NCBI RefSeq assembly: GCF_000143415.4
Contig: NW_003314332.1
Coordinates: 124,001-188,000 of the forward strand
Origin: Selaginella moellendorffii
Lineage: Eukaryota; Plantae; Lycopodiophyta
DNA length: 64,000 nucleotides
Direction: 5' to 3'
The first letter of the stretch is position 1, and every line of letters starts with the position of its first letter. The notes under the pieces were generated by a model that ran no database searches, was not told the origin of the DNA, and saw nothing but the letters and a program-made list of their open reading frames with translations. Shown here piece by piece: positions 11,479 to 23,730 of the stretch. The translations under genes were made by a program, and so were the position numbers.

Positions 11479-14089
11479 ATTACGATGAGAATGCGCGCAA
11501 TCTCGTCCTCGACTGCTCGGAATCTCTAGCTCGTTACCTCGAAGGATCGAATTCCCGGCGGCCCGATCCCACTCAATGCGCCGTGGCGGAGAGATCTAGC
11601 TCTGGGCACCGCATCGCATCGAGCGAGGGTTTCCTCGCGCCAGGGATGGAAGAAGGGTGCCGTCACAAACGGGGAAGAGAAAAGAGAGAGACTTTAGTTT
11701 AGAAAAGGGACCACAGCACTAATAAAGATACCCAGTACGATCTTCTAACTTTACTCCGTCGTGTAAAACGTACCGCCCGCCATACCGCGCGTCACGCTCC
11801 TTTTCTTTTAGGATGGTCCACGAAAGGGAAAAGGGCGCCTCTTGTCATAGTCTGATGGTTATTGAAGATCTTTTGCCTTTGCTGCATAGTCTCTCTACTG
11901 GAAGGGGAGCTCAATGTTGGGTGCTTCGATCCCAAGCACCAAAGGGACATTTGCTTATTTGGTCTCATTAATGAGTGAGAAGAAGATGCTTGGTTTGGGA
12001 GTTGTTCACAAGGTCATATACTCCATTAGATACACTTTAATTCCAACTAGATGGGATTAAGTGTTTTATGGGCAACTATCAGCCTCAGAATGATGTCATA
12101 ACTGCAAATTTATATCTTTTAACTCAGATCGATGATTCAATGGAAGCATTTTGTTAATGTGGTAAAGGATTGCTTTTTAAACTCTAACAACTTTATACAA
12201 TTTCACAGTGATGCTATTTGTATGCCATTTGAATATATAATGGATAGATTGGAAAGCTTTAAAAAGTCCACACTTATAGGAAGATCATTTATGACATGTG
12301 AAACAAGTGCTTCCATGGCATAAGAAACATTTTATTAAATTTAAACTTCCAAAGCACAACTTTGGAAAATGAAGTAATCTCTTAAAATAGCTAAATCATA
12401 TTAATAAATCTCCTAGTGTTTAGGGTTTAGGGTTTATTCTTAAAGAAGGCAATGCACTTTGGTTTGGCTGTAACACCATGGAATACCATTACAAAGCAAG
12501 TGAAAAGGGATGGTCATGTCATTTCTACTGGTAAAATATTCACAAGTGATAAAGATGTATAATGATATTTATGGTACTACTCAATCTTTTTTTTTTTGTG
12601 ATTGCAAGATCTCTTCCATGCAACTTGGTTCTCCTCCATTTTCTCCTTCTCTTTGTCAACACCACATTCATGACCTTAGATTTGATATAATTCATAGCAC
12701 TGGCCATTCTAGCCTTGGCCATTGTATTTAGTGTGGCTGCTATTGTTATATTTAAAACATTTTTAAACATGTGTTAGCCAAAATTTGAAAAGAGCCTTTC
12801 AAAGTTTTCCAAATTGCAAAATAATTTGAAATGTTAAAGGGTATTTATAGAGCTCTTGACTATCTGAACTTTTTTTTTAATTTGATCTTTTATATTAATA
12901 CTTCTAATGTAGGTCTTACACTTGAAGTACTGGTAATTATTTTATCAACATTGCAGAGAAAGACTACTTAACTATAGATAAAGAATATTTGGCTATTGTA
13001 TGGTATATATTTTTATAGAATTCTTTACTTGAGATGGTTTATGTGGTTGTGACTTTGATTATTAAGTGTAAAAATCTTCAATATTTATTGGCTTAATAAA
13101 ATTTAATACTTCAAGACTCTAAATTGGTGCATTACATAACTAGATATAACATGATTAATACAAATGTTTTATTTCATGCATATGGCCAACCTCATCACAT
13201 GTCCAGTAGTGAATATCACAACCACAACTTTGTCTTCATTCTTGTCTTTAAATATAAACAACAATAACATCAATTATCTCCCACATAAAGTGGAGTTAAA
13301 ATATAAATGCAAAAGGTGATATCACATATAATTGTACTAATTAAAGAGTATTATCAAGTGCATATATAAATCTTAGAAATTTTGATGAAGTGCTAGTCAA
13401 AACATTCCCAATTTAATTCACTCTAATATATTTTGCTCCACACCAAACTAAAGGTTCCAAAAATGAATACTAAAGTGTATCACTAATTTAGATAACCTTT
13501 AATAGAGACGATGCAATTGCTAAAAAGTAATTACAATCATCAACATGTCCAAATATATATTTGAAAATGTCTAAGAAGAGGCTCTAATCTATATGAGTGG
13601 CTACACTCAAACCATTATACCATTGCAACACCATTCTTTGGAGAACGTGGGAAACTTATATAAATGTTAGATATCATCCTAAGAATGATAAGTAACAATC
13701 ACCATAAAGTGATTAAATTAATGGTATATATCATCTCCATGACATGATCCCTATGAAATAACTTTAGTTAGATGTAAAGATTAGTAACAAGAGAAAGAAA
13801 AACTACACCACGCATCATGAATGTTATCATTAATTGAGTTTAATTGTTCAATTGCAACCAAATAACAACAAGTAATTGCATCAATTATTGCTCTAGAGTT
13901 AAAGGAGGAGGTTGCTACTTTGCCATAAAAATGAACAAAAAAAAAAGAAATTAAAAAATTACAAAAAATAGAGATCTAGACAATAAAAAAGTTAAATTTC
14001 AAACACTCCTCAAGGGCAATTAAATTTACCTTTCTTTTCTAATAATGTGAGTGTATAGATATTATTGATGATTGTTCCTATTGATAATT

Positions 14090-14733
14090 TGCCCCCCTCC
14101 ACTATAGAAACATATTGCAAAAAATATATTGATGCAAATAATATATATAACTACCATAATGTGAACTTTATGACTATTTCAGAGATATATTCAAGTATTA
14201 TTATGCATTTATAGATAAAGGATTCTCAATTCTCATGGAGTTTTTCTAATCCTTAAACTACTAAGTAGATTAAAAAATGATGAAATAAAGTATACTCTAT
14301 CAACTTACAAACTTTCGTGAAAAATGTGATACTCAAAATAGATTGTACCTTTTAACACAAACATGCACTTCAACTGTTTTAGCTTTAAACCAAATTTTTG
14401 CAATCGATTTAACATCTTGTGGACATTATGGACGTGCTCTTTCCACATCCCCTTTAAGTGGATCATAACACCATCAATAAAGTTAGTAAACACCTCTTAT
14501 ATTGCAAAAACTTTTATCTATCATTCACTGAAAAGTTGTTAAAGCATTATTCCAACTTAATATCATTACTAATAATTTGTACAAACTAAATAGTATATAG
14601 AAAGTAGTATTGGAAACATATTTCTCAACCATTAGCACTTGTTAGTACCTAAAAGCAAGATTTAACTTGGTGAACTAACAACTTCTCCTCAGATAAATGC
14701 ATGTAAATTTTATTATATATCAACCACTAGATG
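14090..14733 (-). mobile_element. Degenerate Ty3/gypsy RT remnant with polypurine tract
   Basis: Minus strand reads FTKLNLA..Y*, TTFYILFSLYKLLVMILSWNNALTTFQ* (decayed KTAF..GLYEFLVMPFGL.NAPATFQR) and FIDGVMIH...KEHVHNV...LKLKQLKCMF. GGAGGGGGG at 14092-14100. Confidence 0.8.
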
Positions 14734-14753
14734 CTAGAATAAACTAGAATAAA

Positions 14754-17260
14754 CTACAAAGTGTTTAGAAAGGTTTATAAGCTATGGATATGTTTATAAG
14801 TTATAAATACAAAATTAATCAGAAGGAATAACAACTGTTAAATGGTAAGATATTTTAGAATATTTAGGTATATCCATTATCACCCCAATAAAAAATTGTT
14901 GCATTTATAAATGATAATCTAAACTTTAAAAAAATCTATAATTTTACCTTCCTTACCATAATTCTGACAAATTTGTAACTGTTTTGAAATTCCCTACTTC
15001 AAAGTGTGTAAATGATATATAGCAATTCCTTGATAAAGTGCAACATTTTGGTTATTTTATTGATCATCTTTTTTATTTTATTATACCATTATAAGCATTA
15101 TTAAAGTTGTCAACATTGTCTTTTATTTGGTCTAAAGATTACAAGCAGGTATTTGTGGATCTCAAAGAGTTGTTGATGATTTCTTTAGTTTTGGCATATT
15201 CTAACTACATGGATATTTCTAATATTGGTCTCAAAAGTGTTGATGCAAGAGAGGACAAATGTTTTTAATTAATATCATTTTATTGTATACATCAACCATA
15301 TATTGCAACTAATATAGGTGAATTACTCATAGATAGATAATGAGTGCTTAGTAATAGTTTAGAGTTTTGAGAATCTTGTGTACTTACATGATTCTCATAC
15401 ATTACAAAAGTTCATTATAAAAGTGGAAGAATTTGGTTAGTTATATTGTTTAATGTTTTATAGCTAATACTAATATCTTTTCTTGAGGTCCTCTCCCTTA
15501 TTCACTCTCTTCTTCTAATCTTGATAAACTTATTTTTTTAATATTTATGGATTTTTTACATAAAGATTTTGTGTTGTCGGTGGTTGCTATATTTGATATT
15601 TAATATCCATAAAATGCAAAGTTAAATTTCTTTTTTTGACAAGGTTCATAAAGTTTGAAAGGTTGAGCAATGGATTTGAAAGCTTCATGATGGGTTTAAA
15701 AATCATATCACCTATTAATGACTTGCTATTTTAACATTTATATTCTCAATATTGCCTTGAAAATATTCTTTATTTTGTGGGGAATAATTATGATGATCAT
15801 TTATGGCTGGTAGTGCTTTTATCTTTATTCCACATTTTCTCTGTACATATTATGATTCTTCTATTCTAGATGAGCATATAGGACATTGTCATGTGACTAA
15901 GATGTTGTACAGGTCTTTCTGTTTGCCAAAAATGTGACATGATATTAACTAATATATGCATAATTATGTTTGGTGCTAAATCTATAACACTCCCTCTCAT
16001 GTGTCAATTGCAATTTCTTGTTCAATTGAGTTGATGGCATTTGATTTAATAAGGCCTTTTTTATAGTCAACTACTACAATGATTATTACCTTCAATTACT
16101 TAACTCATTAGGTGGAAGACAGTGTTTTTGCTAGTGCATTTAAAACTATTATTAGATACTTCCTCCTCAATTAAGTGGTGTTTTAGAATTCTTTTCTAGA
16201 GCAGATTCTCTTATATAATGGTCATGTGTTTATGGCTAAAGCATTTCACATTTTGACATTTTAGCTAGGAATATACCACATTTTCACAAGTGCTTAACAT
16301 TCACAAATGAATGGTTTGGTGAAATGGCTTATTTGGACCTTCAAAGAGATAATTGTAAAGTATATAAACTTTCCATATTTGGATTGGGATGGTTATTTAC
16401 CTTCTCTTCAGTATGTGTATATTGCAGGGGTATAAAGTTGTGTTGGTGGTTAACCATATAAACTCTTATATGGTCATAATCTGATATTGTCAATGGAGTT
16501 GAGTTTACTTTCACGATTGTTATAAGTTGTCGATGCTAGGTTCTAGGATTAGTATTTAAGAAGCATTCTCCCATTAATTTGAACATAATTTATTAAACAC
16601 TTTAGCTATGTACAAGTGGGATAATAATGGTGTTTTAACTCCCATTATCATCCATTTGTGAAGTACAAAGTGGATGCCCTAGAGTTATATTGTTTTCTCA
16701 CTTTTATGGTAAGTGATTTGTCTAAAAGGCTTCTTGCTCAATGGAAGGGATCGTATTATGTGTTGTAATAAGTTAAACTGTAAATTTATAAGATTTGGCA
16801 TGACATTTAACAAGTTGATCTTTTAAAAATTATACATGTGTAATAGTTAAAATGTTTCACATAAAAGGATCAAGAACCGCTAACACCACCTACAAATATA
16901 TTGGTGCCTCCTCTTCATATCCACTAAAGAATTATAACTACCTTCCATTCTTCCAAGATGAGGGGATGATATGAGGTCAAATGTATGGTTATAATACTAT
17001 ATACTCATATCAATATAATGGGATAGATGATATCTCAAAGTTGAAAAGATCAATATACACCTTCTTGAGCTATTCAACCATTATAATATAAAAATCATTG
17101 GAGGGATCTAAAGAAGGAATAAAGGAGTAAAAAAGAAATATGGTAGGAAGTAATGAGAAGATAAAAGTGATAGAAACAAAGGTAGAAGGAAAAAGGCAAA
17201 ATAGAATACTAGTAAAAAATATTTTAAAAAAGAGTAACTATAAAATAGGGGGGAGACACT
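14754..17260 (+). mobile_element. Degenerate Ty3/gypsy pol remnant: RT thumb/RNase H, integrase, possible chromodomain
   Basis: DKFVTVLKFPTSKCVNDI*QFL; FIWSKDYKQVFVDLKELL..LVLAYSNY; TSA*HSQMNGLV (~16290); DWDGYLP; PYKLLYGH; KRLLAQWKGSY (~16730); YEVK (~16970). Purine tract at 17247-17255. Many stops and frameshifts. Confidence 0.78.
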
Positions 17261-18601
17261 TGAAGTCATATTTAGTATAATTGTATTATAACCAATTTAG
17301 ACTAATAATAAAGTCAAAAACTTAACTTGGCAAAACAATTGAAGCTCAAGGTTAAACTCACCAACATGTATAACTAGATCCATTTTATCCTATGCACATA
17401 TATGTATACGGCCATTGCCATAGAAAATGAAAATTGACTCTATTGCATGATGCAATTATAAATAATAATATGTGATAATAAGCTGAGTAATATTGAGCCC
17501 ATATAAACTAATATAAATAGGATAATAGAGGACCTTTTGTTCTAGAAATAAATTTAAAAAGTAAATACTGGATAAACTAATGCTAAGTGAACATTTTAAT
17601 AATACTCTCAAAAGAAGGATAGAAGGGTCACTAATTTATTCATTCCACTACTCAGATATTGTTGATACTAAGGGCTCCACCCAACAAATGGAGGACACCA
17701 ATCTAAAAAACGCCAATAATGTTAATACAAAAATGGAATATAGAAGTGTGTATATCTTATTAGCTCAAAAACCCTAGCTGGTTTGATTAAAATCGATCCA
17801 ATGGTTATTAAAATCTCACTATGCTAATATTAATATACAGCTATACATTTGGACCTCACAAATATAATAAACATTATTTGAATTATTGGGTTTTTTAAAA
17901 TAAAGATGAGTTCACATTGAATTCATAGTTTATCAAATTTAGGTAATAATAATGAAATTACTCAAAGACAAGAAATGATAAAAACTGTAATCTATAAAAT
18001 TTAATGTTTACTATTTTAGCTTTTAACATCAACACTATGGACATTTTTTGTTATCACAGTTAGTATAATAATTAATTAGATTTTAAAATTTTCATTTTTA
18101 TTATAATATAAAAGAAAATACTATACAAATTTAAGACCTTAAAGTTTTTAAATGTAATTTTTTATAGTTACACATATTGTTAAATGTTATATGATTATGT
18201 GAATGTTTTTTATTAGCATGTAAAATAAGGATCTCTTTTGATAACTTCTTTTTTCTTTTCCAGCCGCCAGTAAAAGATGGACTAAATCAATGCTTTGTCA
18301 ACTCCAGGTTTAGTCGTTAACCTCTTGGTTTATGTGATTTGTTGAGGGAATTCTATCAAAAGCACATTATTCCTACAAATGCATAAAAATGGAAGGAATC
18401 GATTCCACTCATGCACATTGTGAAGTCCTTGGCCTCTCGATCATCCAATTATCAAGAGAGGAGTAAGCAGATCACCATCGCCCAAAATGTAAGGAGCAAG
18501 TTTTCTAGGAAGAAATGATCGATCGATGGATGAATGTTTTTTTTTCTTTCGGAAACAAGACGCATAATCCCGAGGCGGCGGCAAGAAGGAAGCTAGAGGA
18601 C

Positions 18602-20532
18602 ATGGCAAAAAGCGACCTGGATCAAGCTTTCAGTGAATTCGCTACTGGGTCTTTTCTTCCTCCTGCCGCCACTGGCGCTGCTTTGCATCACCGTCGCCAT
18701 CTTACACAAGCATGCCTCGAAACGACGCAACAAATTACCGCCAGGTGTCTATCGATCAATCAATGGGTTCTTCTCAGTCTATGGGATTAAGTTTGATTGT
18801 GTGTGGCAGAGGTTGCCGTTTGTTGGAAATCTCCTCCAGATGACGATGGAGAGGCCACACCGCAAGCTTACAACCTGGAGTAACGAGTATGGGCCGATTT
18901 ACACCATCATGACAGGCCAGAAATACCAAGTCATTGTCAGCTCGCCTGAGCTTGCAAGAGAGGTGGTAAACAGCATCTTTCATGGCAAAGCTATAACTCG
19001 CTGGTGGCAGGCTCTTGTCGCCAAGTATTCCTCCATCTCCAACAGGGATTTGGGATCAAACATTACCATTCTTACCAGGAACAGGAAGATCGTGGCAATG
19101 AGTGACTATGACGAGCGGTACAGGATGCTCAAGAGAATGATGGTGAACAACTTGCTCGGACAAACTTCGCAGGTTACTTTGCTCGTTTCATTGCCTTTGA
19201 CCTCATCTCGATCTTTCAGAAATCTTTTCGTGGTCACCGCGAGAAGTACTTGTACATTGCACTCGACGGCCTGTTTGATGAGCTCCGGAGGCTTCCCGGC
19301 TCTACAGGTCATGTGAACGCGAGAGATTGCATTCTCAACTTCTCTTCCGTCAAGGAATGCACCAGGCAAGTCTTAGTCTATCATCTTGAGCAAGAGCTAA
19401 AAAAGTTTAGTGATTTAAGCAGGTTTTCGGCCGAGATATCGAGCGGGTTAGCGTTCCAAAGCTTGGAATGGAGGTGACGAGATGGGAGATTTACCGCACT
19501 CTTGTGCAGGACTTGATGAAAGCGTCCGTCCAGATCGACTGGAGAGACTTTTTTCCGAGCCTCAAGTGGATTCCCAACCGGAAGTTTGAGGACGGGATCT
19601 ACAGGGTGGAGCGCAAGAGGTCTGCGGTGACCAAAGCATTGATGGAGCAGCACAGGGAACTCTCTCGCAGCCAGGTTTACGATCACTAAAGAAGTTTTGG
19701 TTTGTAGCAGCAGCGAGACAAGTGCTACTGTGATGTTCTTCTGGACAATGAATCGCACTATAGTAAGGACGAGCTGTTGCTGGCTGCGTGGGAGCCGATC
19801 ATCGAGAGCTCCGACACGACACTGGTGACGTCCGAGTGGGCTCTCTACGAGCTGGCCAGCGCTCCAAAGCTACAGGTAGTATGATCATCAATCCTCACAG
19901 TCACACTTGTAAAGCTATAACATCAAAACATTTGCAGGAGAAGCTCTACGACGAGATCAAACGCGCCGTGGGAGACGAGCGTATGGTGAGCGAAGATGAC
20001 CTTCCAAATCTTCCCTTCCTCAACACTGTCATCAAAGAGACACTGAGAAAATACAGCCCCGCTCCAATTCTCCCCCCGAGATACATACTCGAGCTGGGTG
20101 GCTACACCATTCCGGCTGGCTACCAGGTGAGTGAAAGCTGAAATATTAGTTTCCTGTTAGATCACACACACGTAAACCTTTCCAGCTGATTGTCAACGTC
20201 TTTGGAATCCACCACGACCCGAAACGCTGGAGCAATCCCGAGACGTGGGATCCATCACGGTTTCTAGGAGGGGAAGTTGACATGGGATTATGAGACTCAT
20301 GCCCTTTGGCGGGGGCAAATGGATCTGCGCTGGGATCGCCCAAGCCTTTTACGTTGTCCCCATGATCATCGCCACTCTCGTCCAGCACTTCAAGTGGAGC
20401 TTGCCCCAAGGTGACATGGACAAAAAGAATGTTTTGGAAGACACGGTCTATTTCACCACCCAGAAGCTGGAACCTCTTCAGGCCTGTGCCAAGCCTCGCA
20501 GGCTAGCTGGGAATGGCCAAAAAGTCAAGTAA
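18602..20532 (+). pseudogene. CYP701: CYP701-family P450 (ent-kaurene oxidase-like), frameshifted
   Basis: GNLLQM..RPHR, AREALVAKYSSIS, DWRDFFPSLKWIPN, WEPIIESSDTTLVTSEWA, KETLRKYSP, FGGGKWICAG. Apparent frameshifts at ~18607, ~19340 and ~20290; heme-motif Arg replaced by Trp. Confidence 0.85.
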
Positions 20533-20659
20533 AGTCAATATAAAGCCAACACAATCAAAATACAAAGTCAAATGACCTAAAATTTAAAATTGTGTACAAA
20601 AATATACCGTTTTAGTGACGTGGCAAGTGACGTGCCTATACGTGGCAAAAAACGAGGGC

Positions 20660-21838
20660 TTATTTGGCAATGGCACAGTGCGTCCGGATGGAGCCGTGCG
20701 AGCCCGTCAGCACGCCCAGCTCCGACATCTTTTCCATCGCCTTTATGAAGTCGAGATAGAATTTGTCGCTGGAAGCGGCGTACTTGTCAATCGATTTTCT
20801 GGTGCGGCTGTCCGAGTAGAACTCTTGATCCGAGTTGAAGAGGCCCTTGCCCTTTTGGATGTTGAGGAAGTAGTGATTATCGAGCAAATGCGCGGAGCCG
20901 TGATCGTTGGGCACCGCGGCGTTGCCATTGGGATCGCAGCTCGCCTTGAGGAAGATGGCGTGCGTGGGATTGAGCGCGGGATCGGGCTGCGCAGTCCCGC
21001 TGAAATTGGAGTAGCGATCCCGGAAAAATGGGCAATGCCCAACACCGATGCTGTGCCCTCCTCCTGCGCAGACCAGAAGTTCTCCAGAGTTAGGCACCAA
21101 CTATGCATATACTGGATAACATTGGATCGATCATCATATGTGCGTACCTTGGAGAACCACCATTTCCTCCGCAGAGAATCCCCGATTCCTGAATTTCTTG
21201 AGCAGCGCGGTCGTGTTCTCAAACGGGCTAGGCAGATCCTTCAACGCTCCCTGGAAGAAGGATCTCCTTCCATCGCGTCTTCCGAATTTCAGCCTCCAGA
21301 ATGGTCCTCCACTCTAGATCATCACATGCCAAAAGAAAAGTTATCCCAGACTCGCAAGAACAATCGATCCATACCAGTGCGACCGCATCGCGAGCTGCCA
21401 GCGCCAGAATATCAGAGCACGACACTGTTTCGGGGCAAATTTCCTCGAGCTGCTCCTTGATCGCATCGATCACTTCGAATCCATGCAGTGACAAGTTTGG
21501 TCTCGCATCTCTCTCGGGTGGATCTGGCCCGCTGGATGAATTGAGCATGACCGAGCTATCGAGCCCCTGGCAAAAGCAAAGATCGTCGTGAAAGAAGATT
21601 ATAAGATGGAGTCGATTCTACTTACGCCAACGAATGCGTCGTGAAAGACCAGTCGGAGCAATCCCGGAGGGACGGTGTGATCTCTGTTGAGAAAGCTTTG
21701 CACCGTCGCTGCGACGATCATCTCGAACTCCGGGCAATCTTCGTTGTAGAAATCGCCATCCAGCGTCGACGCTCTTGCATGATATTGGCCAGTGATCGCA
21801 ATGAGCAAGAACAGCGTAGCAAAGATCTTAAAAGCCAT
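20660..21838 (-). CDS. Class III secretory peroxidase A (4 exons)
   Basis: Signal peptide, [43 protein letters not shown]; splices in frame. Confidence 0.92.
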
Positions 21839-22025
21839 TGTTTGCGATAGCAAAATCGCCAACAGTCTTATACCTATGCTAAAGCGCTTAATTAGTTCAA
21901 AAATCTATGATTTGGTTATAAAATTAATTAATCGTATGGTAATTATATTTTCACAGATCTTATCATATTTGACGCGTGGCAAATATTTTGCCACGTTATG
22001 AGTATTACGTGTCTAAAACGAGGGC

Positions 22026-23154
22026 TTAGTTGGCAATGGCGCAGATCTTCCGGACGCTTCCCTGCGAGCCCGTGAGCACGCCAAGCTCCGAGAGCTTCTG
22101 AATCGCCTTCGAGAAATCCCTCGCAAACGCGCTGCTGGAGGCTGCGTACTTGTCGATCGCTGGCTTCGTGCGCCCATCGAAAAGGAGCTCTTGATCCGAG
22201 GTGAAGAGCCCCTTCCTGGCCTGGACGTTTGCAAAGTACTGGTTGTCGAGCAGCGGTGGCGTGACTGGATCGTTGGGCAGTGCGGCATTGGCGTTGGCGC
22301 TGCAAATCGGTCGGAGCTGCGCGGCGTAGGAGGGATCCAATGTGGGGTCTGGGTTGGAGAGGCGAGACGCGATGAGTGGGCAGTGCCCCACACCAATGCT
22401 GTGTCCTCCTCCTGATTCATATCCATGGATCAGATCATCTCTAGATGAAAAACCATCATTTTCTACCTTGGAGGAGCACCATTTCCTCGGCAGTGAAGCC
22501 TTTCGCGGCAAATTTCGCAAGCAGTCCATTTGCGTCTTCGAATGGGCTGGGGAGATGGTTTGCTTCGTTGAAGTTTGAGCTTCTTCCATCTCGCCGACCG
22601 AATTTCACCCTCCAAAACGGTCCATTCGTCTAGACAAAGAAGCGAAAGTTTTACCTGATGTCAGAAATTTGGAAGAAACTAACCAAAGTTATGGCGTCCC
22701 TGGCCGCGGTTGCCAAGATATCCGCGCAGGAAACAATGCCGGGGCAAATCCCCTCGAGCTTGGACTTGATCGCGTCGATCAAATCAAAGCCATGCAGCGA
22801 GAGATTTGGAGTCGCAAGTCTCTCTGGTGGATCACTCCCTCCCGATGAATTGAGCAAGGGTGACCCATCAAGGCCCTGGAAGAAACAATCGTTCTTTCGT
22901 TAGATCTCCAGGGAAGGCTTTGAAGTTTAGCTCTTGACACTCACTCCAACAAAAGCGTCGTGAAAGAGCATCCGGAGAAGACCTGGAGCAACACTAGGAT
23001 CTCTATCGAGGAAACTTTGGACGGTTCCAGAGACGATCACTTCGAAAGGAGGGCACGAATCATCGTAGAATCCTCGGTCCAGTGCTCCTTGTACTCTACA
23101 ATTGCTCGAAACAGTCGCCACTACTACCAACACAAGCAAGAACTTTGCACCCAT
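22026..23154 (-). CDS. Class III secretory peroxidase B (4 exons), paralog of A
   Basis: Signal peptide, [43 protein letters not shown]. Confidence 0.92.
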
Positions 23155-23556
23155 GGATAGACCTTGGATGTTGACAATGGATATCATGCAATATTTCCTA
23201 CCGATGAATGGGTTGATCGCACTGCATGCATTGGAAAGCTTGGGGATTTATATAGCCAAGTCCAAAGCAAGCATTGGAACATGCCTCGAACCATTGCGTA
23301 TGCTCTGGGTTGACGGCGATTATATGATACAAATTAGTTAAATATCCATTAGGCGTTGCGTGGATGGGCTTGCATATGGCTGTCACGCGCCTTTCAAAGC
23401 TTTCTTAAAACGCTCGAGCTTATTAAAATTTGATCTGGTCGTGCAAAGACGTGGCTTAGATTCTAGGCTTTTTACACGAAGAACTCACACATGGAAATGA
23501 CGCGGTTTGATCTTTAACAAAGTTTCTCAAACTCTTCCAAACTCTTCTTGTTGCAA

Positions 23557-23628
23557 TGCCTCAATGGAGGATCGAACTCCAGGCCTTCAGTTTACAAGAC
23601 TGACGCTCTGCCACTGAGCTATAGAGGC
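23557..23628 (-). tRNA. tRNA-Thr (anticodon TGT)
   Basis: Reverse complement GCCTCTATAGCTCAGTGGCAGAGCG-TCAGT-CTTGTAA-ACTGA-AGGCC-TGGAG-TTCGATC-CTCCA-TTGAGGCA. A and B boxes present; one T:T mismatch in the acceptor stem. Confidence 0.92.
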
Positions 23629-23730
23629 ATTAGACAGCTTAAGATAGTTTTAAGCAAAGAATCCACATTTTATTCTTGTTCACGCTACAAAAGAATGCTC
23701 ATTGTGTGTTTCGTCTATAGCGAGAATATC

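Noticed and set aside
11918-11945. GGTGCTT-CGATCCC-AAGCACC hairpin as a tRNA fragment or LTR primer-binding site
   Set aside because: Too short, no cloverleaf, and no adjacent LTR-terminal CA.
12418-12435. TTTAGGG x2 as a telomere remnant
   Set aside because: Only about two units; telo-box-sized matches are common in this window.
12132-12770. Short ORFs in the AT-rich block as a DNA-transposon transposase
   Set aside because: No motif could be identified with confidence.
23429-23556. Dicistronic tRNA-snoRNA downstream of tRNA-Thr
   Set aside because: No C box (TGATGA) or D box (CTGA) on the sense strand of the trailer.
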